Assembly: GCA_964630825.1 (NCBI GenBank)
Contig: CAZVZR010000007.1
Location: 1 to 63,958 of the forward strand
DNA length: 63,958 nt
Source of the DNA: an uncultured Planctomycetales bacterium
GTDB taxonomy: Bacteria > Omnitrophota > Gorgyraeia > Zapsychrales > Zapsychraceae
Direction: 5' to 3'
Shown here: positions 56,507 through 63,958 of the stretch, piece by piece
Position numbering within the stretch: position 1 is the first letter of the stretch
How the letters are laid out: each line of letters begins with the position of its first letter
Program-made: the position numbers and the translations under genes
The notes under the pieces: model-generated
Database searches by the model: none
Seen by the model: the letters and a program-made list of their open reading frames with translations, nothing else
Told to the model about the DNA's origin: nothing

Positions 56507-59500
56507 ATGAATGAAAACCCTGACAACCAGCCTGTCCCGGAAGATAAGCCTAGTGAAGAGAATTTAGAACCGCTAGGCCAAGACGCTTCTCAAGAACCTG
56601 AAAGCATACAAAGCCTTCCGGAACAGGATCAGCCTTTGTCTGGACAGGAAAATCAAGAGTTGCCGATCTTGAAATTTGAATCTCTATCAAATAATGTCCA
56701 ATCTGAACCGTCAATAGGCGACGTTATGACTGGGGCGGATATCCAGCCAACTGAAGAAGTGGCTGAATTTTTGGACAAATGGGAAGCGCGGGAAGATGAT
56801 TTAGATCAGCCGTTTAGAAGCCGTTTTAAAACCTGGATTCGAGCCGTAGCGTTGTTGGTAGTTATTACTTTTCTCCCAGATCAGGCTAGCTGGGCTTTTA
56901 ACTATGATCCTCGCGTTATTTGGAAAGATAAATTTGCCCAACAACGAGGGGTTGTTGAAACAATAAATCCTAACGCTTCTGAAGCAGAAATTGCTTCGGT
57001 CCGCGTTGCCGAGAGCATTAATCACCTTCTGACCCAGATTGCCGAAAAAGAGAATCCCCGGATTCAGTTACAATTAAGTAAAGAAGCAAATTCACAAAAT
57101 GAAACCGTCCCCCTGCAAATAGAATCTCAATTATTTTTTAGTAATAGTAATATCGGTCAAATTACTGCTTGGCTTAAGACTCCCAGTATCCATCCGTTAA
57201 ACTGCGGCGTTTATGCCTTAAAAGATATTCTTGCCCATAACAACATCCATCCTTCTTTGGAAGAAATTTCGGTCAGCACGTTAGCCGTTGACCTTTTAGG
57301 TAACATCGTTAAACCGGGTGAAGAGAAACTCAAAACTTCGCTTTACGCGCTTAACAAAGTAGCCCGTGCTTATAATTTAAATTACCAGCCGGTTAAATTA
57401 AATCCAGAAGATGTTCTTAAAATCATGCCGCCGTATATCGCTAATTTCGGTTCAGAGCATTTTGTCACCGTTACCGCTGTTGATGAGCACAACATTTATT
57501 ACAACGACATTGGTCAATCTTACTCTATGCCGCGCAATCAGTTTGTTTCCAACTTAAGTGGTTTTGTTTTGGCGGAAAATGTTGATCTTTACAAAGATCT
57601 TTCTTTGGAAATTGTTCCGGATAACATGCAAGCGTTTGTTTGGGGAAACAGGTGGCGCGACAGTTCCGATGATTTGCCGGGGTTCATGAAAAAAGGTGTA
57701 ATCGAAAAGATGCTCATTAGTTTTGCCATTCAAGTTGTAATTGCGCTCGCAGGTTATGGGCTTGGTGCGCTTGCTGGAGGGGTTGGAGGTGCAGCCAATG
57801 CGGCAGGACAAGCAGGCAGCACAACAGGATCTTTTGCCAACGTTGCGGCAGACGCAGCCGTGGTTGGCAACGCTTTGACATCAGTACAAATTGGGATGAT
57901 AGGAACGCAAATAGGCGCTAATTCATTTGCGGAGGCGGTAGCAACGGCGTGTGTTGTGAAAGGTAAATGCACGGAACAACAAGCCATGTCCATGGCTAAT
58001 TCAATTTCTGGCGGAGTTCAGCTTGCCGGCCAGATCATCGGTTATATCGCGATGGCAGTGGCCCTGGCCACAATACTTAATGGAGTATTTGAGGGTTTTA
58101 GTCAGGCGGGTGGAGCCGCTGCGAAGGAAGGATTTAGTCAAGCGGTAGTCAAGGGGGTGGAGCCAGGTGTCACACCGGCTGCTACAGAAGTGGCAAAACA
58201 AACTACCACTCAAATTCTCTGGAATATGCTGAAGAGTTCTTTGGTCGGACAGATTCTTACGCTAAATTATGGCGCTGTGTGGGATAGTATTAAAACACTT
58301 GCAACAGATATGTTGGATGTTGTTTGGGGAACCGTAGAACAACCTGGAGTAGTGAGACAAATTGGGAATGCCTTTATGGATTTCTATTCCAATATTGGAA
58401 AGGCTTTTACTGCTTTTGGTGAAGGAGGTCTTAGTGGGTTCAAAGCGGGAATGTCACAGCTTGGGCATGCTTTTGTTACTTTGGCCAAAGATTTAGGCGC
58501 GGCAGTGGATCATTTTATTTCCGGGACGCAAAAGGCAATTACAAAATTTATTTTTGGTGACCCGCAAGCGGCAGCGCATGCCGGGACCCAAGCAAAAAAA
58601 TTGGAACCGGAAGCACAGTATGTAAAGGATGAAGCTTATAAAGGCATGGGAGCAAATTCGCCAGAGAAAGCTGCTGAACTGCGAAGCCAGGCTCAGCAAG
58701 CGGGCGCTGGTGAGGCATTTGATAAGCTGGATAGCGTGACCCAAAAACTTAGCGATGCTATGCCTGAGATGCGTGCCAATGCTGAGCAGGCGGTAATAGA
58801 AGCACAATTGGATCCTTCGACCATATCAACACCCGGTTCAGCAGCAAATCAAAAATATACAGAAGTTCTTGGTAATGAAATGAAGACCTGGTGGGCTAGC
58901 AATAATCCGTTTGATTTAACCGGGGTGCTTACGGAAGGGGTAAAATATTTTGGTAAAGCAGTCGCTATGCAATATGCCCGGCAATACATTAAACAATGGA
59001 TCACTGAAAAAGTTGCCAAGGAGTTTGGCGCGGATAAAGGCGACATTATTGGTCAGGCGGTCGTCGGATATGTTTCCGGACTTGGCGCTGATTTGGCGTT
59101 AGGCATTGGGGCAACCGGGTTGGAACAAGTTGTTGGTTTAACAGGTTTTAATCTTGCGCTCACCGATGCCATTGATCCTCAGGCAAGTGAATTGAAAAAA
59201 GAACCCGGAGCGGCCACGGGCGTGGATCGTGTTTTTGGCGTGGCAGCGAGCATCGTTAGTCATAGCAATTTAAAAGATTTTATCGTCAGCACCGTAGTAC
59301 GGTTGGTTGCCAAAGAAGCTGGGGTTAAAGGCGACACGGCCCTCTCGCAAGTTTTGGGTAATGCCGGCGTGGTGTTGTTTGGCACGAACGGTTATTACGC
59401 GCAAGTATCGGCAAAAAAAGAAGAGATTGTTAAAGGGACATTGAATAAAGTAGCTTCGCAATCAGTTAACCCAGAACATCCTGAAGGCAAGGGTTTTTAT

Positions 59501-62500
59501 AAAGACTTTGCAGAAATGAAGGCCATCGATCCCGAAGGGGCTGCGGCATTAGAATCAAAAGTTAGAGGTGAAGTTGACCAAGTTTTGGCAGATGTTGAAA
59601 ATGTGAAGGTAGTTGATGTTAATGAAAGTTCAGAAGAAAACATAGGGAAAGAAACAAAGGACGAGGTTAAAGAAGAAGTATTTGCCGGAGTGCTTTCTTC
59701 GAGCCGTGATCGTCAAGACATGATTGTTCAGCAAATTGTGGATTCACGTTATTTAGAAAAGGGTGCGGAAGATTTCAAAAATATTTTTGCCAAAACATTA
59801 TTGCTTGTTGGATTTGGTATCGGAATTGATGAGGCGGAAAAAGCGGTAACTAAGGGTGATCGTTCCGGCGCGAATGTTCCTGACCAGGAAACGTTGATGG
59901 GATTACGGGCGGCGATGTTTATCGGCGGCGCTTTAATAGAATCAGGATTTGCTGCTTTAACTTATAATCCCAAAGAAGATCTTAAGGCGGAAGCTCGCGC
60001 GGCAAAAGATAAGAAAGAAATTACCGCAGAAGACAAAGCGAATAATGTTGGGGACGATGAATATGACAACGTAATGATAAACGGAAATGAACCACCCAGT
60101 ACCTTACAAGAATTTGGAAGATATTTTAAAGATGAAATGGCGGGAGTTATTCAGAAAATTAATAACCGGCAATTCCCGCATCCGCTTTTGAGTATGGGAT
60201 TTGTTTATCAGCGCGGGGCCAACGGGAAGTTTCAAGACACCAGTAATTTGAGCCCTGAAGATCGCCTGGGTTTGGGTTTTGTAAATTTTGGTAGTTTCGC
60301 TGATGATCAGATGAAAGGAACGGTTTTTACTTCGCAAAGAACGTTGCAGTTAAGTGTTTCGCATGCGCAAATAGAACAAGAAGTCAGGGCAGAAAATGCG
60401 GCTCTGCCTGCAGGCCAGAAAATGACGGAGGCGCAGGTTAAAGAAGAAATTCACAAACGTTTTGTTTTTGCTTTCTTAAAGGCTCAGCAAAATGCGTATG
60501 ACGACGGGCTTAACGGAATTTTTGGTGATGTATCGGAGGTCATGTTAGGCGAATTGATTAGTTACGATAATAATCCCTACATCAACGCGGCGGAATATGC
60601 GGCGACAAATTACGGTGTCAGTTTAGGCGCTCTTGGATTGGATAAACGTTATTTAAAATACGCTTCATCGCCGTTAGATAACGGCGGGGAAGGTGTTGTT
60701 TTGACACGCGAAGAGTCGCCAGTGGGTTTTTGGGATCAAAATATTTTAACTAGTGGGTACATAGTAGGCCAAAAGGAAAATTCTTTAGGTTTTGTGACTG
60801 GGGGATATAAATCCCGGACGATTCATCCTCAAGCGCTTCCTCAATGGCTTCAGGATGAAACGGGCTGGACAGATAAAACTATTAGAATGTCGAATTTGCA
60901 AGGCGGCGGAGAAATTGAGTGGGCAGGGGACAAAGCTCCAAAACCAGAAGACACTACTTATACTGAAGGAAAAGGCAATGAAGCGCAGATAAAAAATCGG
61001 CTTACATCACATTCGATAGTTACAGGCGGAGTTAATCCTTATGTCCTTTTAGCCTGGGCACAGGAGGGTGATGTTTCTGTTAATGTTTCCCGCGGCGATT
61101 TTGGGACAGCACAATCTTTTGATTTAAATATCAGCGTTGCTAACAGCGATAATCAATTCCAATTCGCCCGTGTTGACCGTAACAATGTCACAAGGACATT
61201 TTCACAAATTTCAGCGCAGTCGGGAATAAATAGTAATGATAAAGGAGAAAAAACTTTTAGCTCAAACGTTTTTGCACCAAATGGAATTATCACACCTGAA
61301 GGAAAACTCGTCGTGACTAATCCCAGCGGCGGTTTTTTCATGACCTCCGACATGGACGGAAAAACATTATTATACAAACTACGATCTGATGTCCCAGGAA
61401 TGACGAAGGATGAAGTGATCCATGTTATAACGTCCGGCGGCACCGTTGTTCATACATCAGAAGGCGATCAACTTATTCCTTTAACCAACCCTAATGGCCC
61501 GTTGGCACCGCTTGTTGCCCCGATTCAAGGCCTTCTTGGCCCATTGAGCAAAGCTCCAGCCACGCCTTTTGATGTAGAGTTGGTTGCCCATCCCGAAAAT
61601 ACTTTAGGCTATATCAATGAGCAGGGAAATTTTGTTTCCACGACCGGTAATAATTTCCTGGCGCAACTTTCATTTAGCCGTAGGGATCCTGCTAATGATA
61701 AAAGGATTTTTATTCGCGGTGGTCATTCTAAAGCTAACGAGGAAAATTCTTTTGTTACACAAAAAATTGTCGACGGAAATATTGTTATGGATTATAGCAA
61801 TGCAGCCTATTTTGCCGGAGAATCTTCAGGCCAAACAATTGAACAGATTTTGTTAGGGGGGTTGCAGTCAATGCCCGGGCCAGGCCAGGTACAACCAGGA
61901 CTGCTATATTTACCAAATGGAGGGAAGGGTGAACATAATCTATTGCTGTCCTTTGGTGCTTATAAAGATAGCGTGGATGGTTCTAGGGGCGGGTTTACGG
62001 TGGCATCTAAAATGACGCCGCAAGAAATGTTCGCTCAGCGATTGAATGCCCGCTTGGCGGCGAATGGGCAGGAAACAAAAGTTTCGCCGGAGCAGGCAGC
62101 CCAATTATATGACCAGATGAAAGCTTCGACGGAAGGCGCTGCAAAAGGCAACGATTCTTCCAGGGCCAGTGCTACTTTGTTGGCAATGAATTTACCGACA
62201 CTCGACGGTGTCAGCGATCAAGATGCTTTAGAATCATATAATGAGGTGACTAATCCTAACAGTCAGTTCTATGTGGGAACGGCTCCCAAAAGAATAGATG
62301 GCTCGACTGGTCAAACACCGCGCATTGCGTTGGGTTATGATACGGATGCAAAGGTTACCTATGATGAGAAGACCGGTCAGATAACAATAAAAGGCACGCT
62401 CAAGGACGGTTCCGAGGCCATTGGTTTTGATCCGGTAACGGGTAAGGCGACGCTGTATCAAACTTTTACCGCAGCAGAAAAAACAATGGAGCCGAGCCAG

Positions 62501-63958
62501 GTGGTTGAGCTTAATCGCGATCGTGCGTTAGTTGCCGCAAAAGGATTGCAATCACAAATTCCTTTTGTCGACGATCAGGTCATTGCCAACCGAGGAATTT
62601 TTATTTTTGATGATGAGGGTCTCAAGAAAACGGGCCTCCCGGGATTTACCCAGATGATGGCTAAACATGGTGGGTTAATTGGTCTTGAAATTGGTGTTAA
62701 GAATGAAAATGAAGTAAGCCTGATTCAATCCGGGAGCGAAGGCGATTTGAAATTTTTAGCCACAAGCATTACCGGTCGTAACCCGCAAGGTGAAGAAGGG
62801 AAAGACGGCACTCTTGTTGCAACACAGCGCGGGCGTTTTAAAGGTTCGTTTGAAACAGATAATGAAGAAGCGAACAAGGCAGCCGTAGCCACTGGCCAAG
62901 CGGTTTTAGTGCCCTTTGAAGATGCAAAATTAAATTTTCTTAGTGGAAGCACTGAACTCAAAGGAAAGCCAACACTACAACTGGTTGATTCAAAAGGTAA
63001 AGTTCTTGCAACATATGATGCAAAAGGGTCGGAAGTGGCTTGGGACAAAGATGGTTCATTAACTTTATCCGTCGGAAAAATTACACCAAAAGGTGCGTCG
63101 GCGAATGGGCTTAGGGCCTTAGGAGAATCCGGCGGGATAGAAGCTGATTTAAGTGACCGTGCTTTATTTTATTTTCCTGTGCCTGTTCAAGGTGAGGGAG
63201 GGAAAAACCCACCAGAACCTCCTGTTATTGTCACTTTGCCTAGTGGAGAGGAAATAGAAGTAACTTTGGCTACAGCGCAAGCGATTAGCCGTGATAATCC
63301 AGATGTGCTGCTTACGTTTGTTGTCCCTGAAAGCACTGTCAACGGGGAAGAAGAAAGGGTAACCTTGACCCCACTGGAAGCAAAAGAATGGGGTTATTTG
63401 CCGGCAAATGAAGAGACACAGGAGCCGGAAACAAATTATTTGACGGTATTTCATGCTCCGCTTGGCAGTGGAGAAGGGGATGTCCAAGTAACACAAAAAA
63501 TGGGAGATGGGAAAGAACATAGCGTGCGTTATGTATTAGGCGATTTTAGTGGCGAAGATGCTCGTATGGGTTTCCGCGGCCGGCCAGGCCTTTCTTCCGA
63601 CGTTGCCGCCGGGCCTGCCATGGATTCAATGAGAGTTACCGGGGGGGCCAGCAAAGAAGATCCATTAATTATAAGGTCTTATAATAGTGAATTTGGTGGC
63701 GAATCAGAGGAACAAAAAGCAAGTTTGGCTATGGGGGGTACACAATCATATAGTTTAGGAGTATACGATGGAGAAATAAGAATTGATCATAAAGGGAACA
63801 TGAGTGTAGCGAATGGTAGAGGTGTCGAACATTTAGTTATGAATACGTATAAGTACCAGGATTTATTTAATACCGATAAAACCAATACAGGATTTTTTGC
63901 TAACAATGTTCTTATGTATTTAACTAGCACTAAAATATTGCACGATCATTCTATAAAC
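56507..63958 (+). CDS. Giant membrane-anchored protein, partial (first 2484 codons; continues beyond the window) with an N-proximal C39-like cysteine peptidase domain
   Basis: Own translation from ATG 56507 (MNENPDNQPVPEDK...) is open to the last base, with the frame spot-checked at 57002, 60002, 60062 and 63902. TM FKTWIRAVALLVVITFLP. C39-like LNCGVYALKDIL...GSEHFVTVTAVDEHNIYYNDIG. Gly/Ala-rich hydrophobic block. Only short antisense ORFs are in the track here. Confidence 0.8.
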   Translation, partial: MNENPDNQPVPEDKPSEENLEPLGQDASQEPESIQSLPEQDQPLSGQENQELPILKFESLSNNVQSEPSIGDVMTGADIQPTEEVAEFLDKWEAREDDLDQPFRSRFKTWIRAVALLVVITFLPDQASWAFNYDPRVIWKDKFAQQRGVVETINPNASEAEIASVRVAESINHLLTQIAEKENPRIQLQLSKEANSQNETVPLQIESQLFFSNSNIGQITAWLKTPSIHPLNCGVYALKDILAHNNIHPSLEEISVSTLAVDLLGNIVKPGEEKLKTSLYALNKVARAYNLNYQPVKLNPEDVLKIMPPYIANFGSEHFVTVTAVDEHNIYYNDIGQSYSMPRNQFVSNLSGFVLAENVDLYKDLSLEIVPDNMQAFVWGNRWRDSSDDLPGFMKKGVIEKMLISFAIQVVIALAGYGLGALAGGVGGAANAAGQAGSTTGSFANVAADAAVVGNALTSVQIGMIGTQIGANSFAEAVATACVVKGKCTEQQAMSMANSISGGVQLAGQIIGYIAMAVALATILNGVFEGFSQAGGAAAKEGFSQAVVKGVEPGVTPAATEVAKQTTTQILWNMLKSSLVGQILTLNYGAVWDSIKTLATDMLDVVWGTVEQPGVVRQIGNAFMDFYSNIGKAFTAFGEGGLSGFKAGMSQLGHAFVTLAKDLGAAVDHFISGTQKAITKFIFGDPQAAAHAGTQAKKLEPEAQYVKDEAYKGMGANSPEKAAELRSQAQQAGAGEAFDKLDSVTQKLSDAMPEMRANAEQAVIEAQLDPSTISTPGSAANQKYTEVLGNEMKTWWASNNPFDLTGVLTEGVKYFGKAVAMQYARQYIKQWITEKVAKEFGADKGDIIGQAVVGYVSGLGADLALGIGATGLEQVVGLTGFNLALTDAIDPQASELKKEPGAATGVDRVFGVAASIVSHSNLKDFIVSTVVRLVAKEAGVKGDTALSQVLGNAGVVLFGTNGYYAQVSAKKEEIVKGTLNKVASQSVNPEHPEGKGFYKDFAEMKAIDPEGAAALESKVRGEVDQVLADVENVKVVDVNESSEENIGKETKDEVKEEVFAGVLSSSRDRQDMIVQQIVDSRYLEKGAEDFKNIFAKTLLLVGFGIGIDEAEKAVTKGDRSGANVPDQETLMGLRAAMFIGGALIESGFAALTYNPKEDLKAEARAAKDKKEITAEDKANNVGDDEYDNVMINGNEPPSTLQEFGRYFKDEMAGVIQKINNRQFPHPLLSMGFVYQRGANGKFQDTSNLSPEDRLGLGFVNFGSFADDQMKGTVFTSQRTLQLSVSHAQIEQEVRAENAALPAGQKMTEAQVKEEIHKRFVFAFLKAQQNAYDDGLNGIFGDVSEVMLGELISYDNNPYINAAEYAATNYGVSLGALGLDKRYLKYASSPLDNGGEGVVLTREESPVGFWDQNILTSGYIVGQKENSLGFVTGGYKSRTIHPQALPQWLQDETGWTDKTIRMSNLQGGGEIEWAGDKAPKPEDTTYTEGKGNEAQIKNRLTSHSIVTGGVNPYVLLAWAQEGDVSVNVSRGDFGTAQSFDLNISVANSDNQFQFARVDRNNVTRTFSQISAQSGINSNDKGEKTFSSNVFAPNGIITPEGKLVVTNPSGGFFMTSDMDGKTLLYKLRSDVPGMTKDEVIHVITSGGTVVHTSEGDQLIPLTNPNGPLAPLVAPIQGLLGPLSKAPATPFDVELVAHPENTLGYINEQGNFVSTTGNNFLAQLSFSRRDPANDKRIFIRGGHSKANEENSFVTQKIVDGNIVMDYSNAAYFAGESSGQTIEQILLGGLQSMPGPGQVQPGLLYLPNGGKGEHNLLLSFGAYKDSVDGSRGGFTVASKMTPQEMFAQRLNARLAANGQETKVSPEQAAQLYDQMKASTEGAAKGNDSSRASATLLAMNLPTLDGVSDQDALESYNEVTNPNSQFYVGTAPKRIDGSTGQTPRIALGYDTDAKVTYDEKTGQITIKGTLKDGSEAIGFDPVTGKATLYQTFTAAEKTMEPSQVVELNRDRALVAAKGLQSQIPFVDDQVIANRGIFIFDDEGLKKTGLPGFTQMMAKHGGLIGLEIGVKNENEVSLIQSGSEGDLKFLATSITGRNPQGEEGKDGTLVATQRGRFKGSFETDNEEANKAAVATGQAVLVPFEDAKLNFLSGSTELKGKPTLQLVDSKGKVLATYDAKGSEVAWDKDGSLTLSVGKITPKGASANGLRALGESGGIEADLSDRALFYFPVPVQGEGGKNPPEPPVIVTLPSGEEIEVTLATAQAISRDNPDVLLTFVVPESTVNGEEERVTLTPLEAKEWGYLPANEETQEPETNYLTVFHAPLGSGEGDVQVTQKMGDGKEHSVRYVLGDFSGEDARMGFRGRPGLSSDVAAGPAMDSMRVTGGASKEDPLIIRSYNSEFGGESEEQKASLAMGGTQSYSLGVYDGEIRIDHKGNMSVANGRGVEHLVMNTYKYQDLFNTDKTNTGFFANNVLMYLTSTKILHDHSIN
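56691..56704 (+). repeat. Copy 4 of TAATGTCCAATCT, inside the giant ORF
   Basis: ATAATGTCCAATCT encodes ..NNVQS.. in the giant ORF frame. Confidence 0.8.

Noticed and set aside
57754-57993. 79-aa Ala-rich minus-strand ORF, and the other short minus ORFs from 56801 to 63520
   Set aside because: They lie antisense to the continuous giant plus-strand ORF. The Ala-rich translation mirrors the Gly/Ala-rich coding block.

Overview
This is an origin-proximal chromosomal segment of a bacterium. A Tad locus combined with a giant ORF suggests an uncultivated, possibly Omnitrophota-like lineage, but that is only inference. Bases 1-16550 are an all-minus-strand housekeeping block: two secreted hypotheticals, rarA, pheT, pheS, rplT, rpmI, infC, thrS, a tRNA cluster, coaC, rpoZ, gmk, yicC, ndk, parB, parA, a perfect parS, a Jag_N protein, yidC, yidD and rpmH. 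The coding strand switches at the rpmH|dnaA gap, a candidate oriC. From there everything runs on the plus strand: dnaA, dnaN, a DUF721/DciA-like gene, gyrB, gyrA, tRNA-Glu, a PilZ-PilT fusion ATPase, four metabolic genes (including mdh) and a parvulin lipoprotein. A roughly 22-kb Tad/Flp-type pilus super-locus follows (31571-53649). It holds cpaB, a secretin fused to a TonB_C domain, a fused CpaE-CpaF ATPase, DUF192, an HTH orphan, two secreted fibre-like proteins, eight Flp-like prepilins, two TadE-like pseudopilins, a 1591-aa TadG-like protein, tadB and tadC. Next come a convergent membrane-anchored B12/radical-SAM enzyme, a 940-bp AT-rich gap, and the first 2484 codons of a giant ORF that runs off the window end. 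It is missing from the ORF track because it has no stop in the window. The most unusual observation is in the tRNA cluster. A tRNA-Cys(GCA) gene is split after G34 by a 169-nt insert that itself contains a second, complete tRNA-Cys(GCA), and the two outer halves show compensatory base-pair changes. I saw no rRNA, CRISPR array or clear mobile element. All coordinates and motif calls were made by eye, with no searches run.
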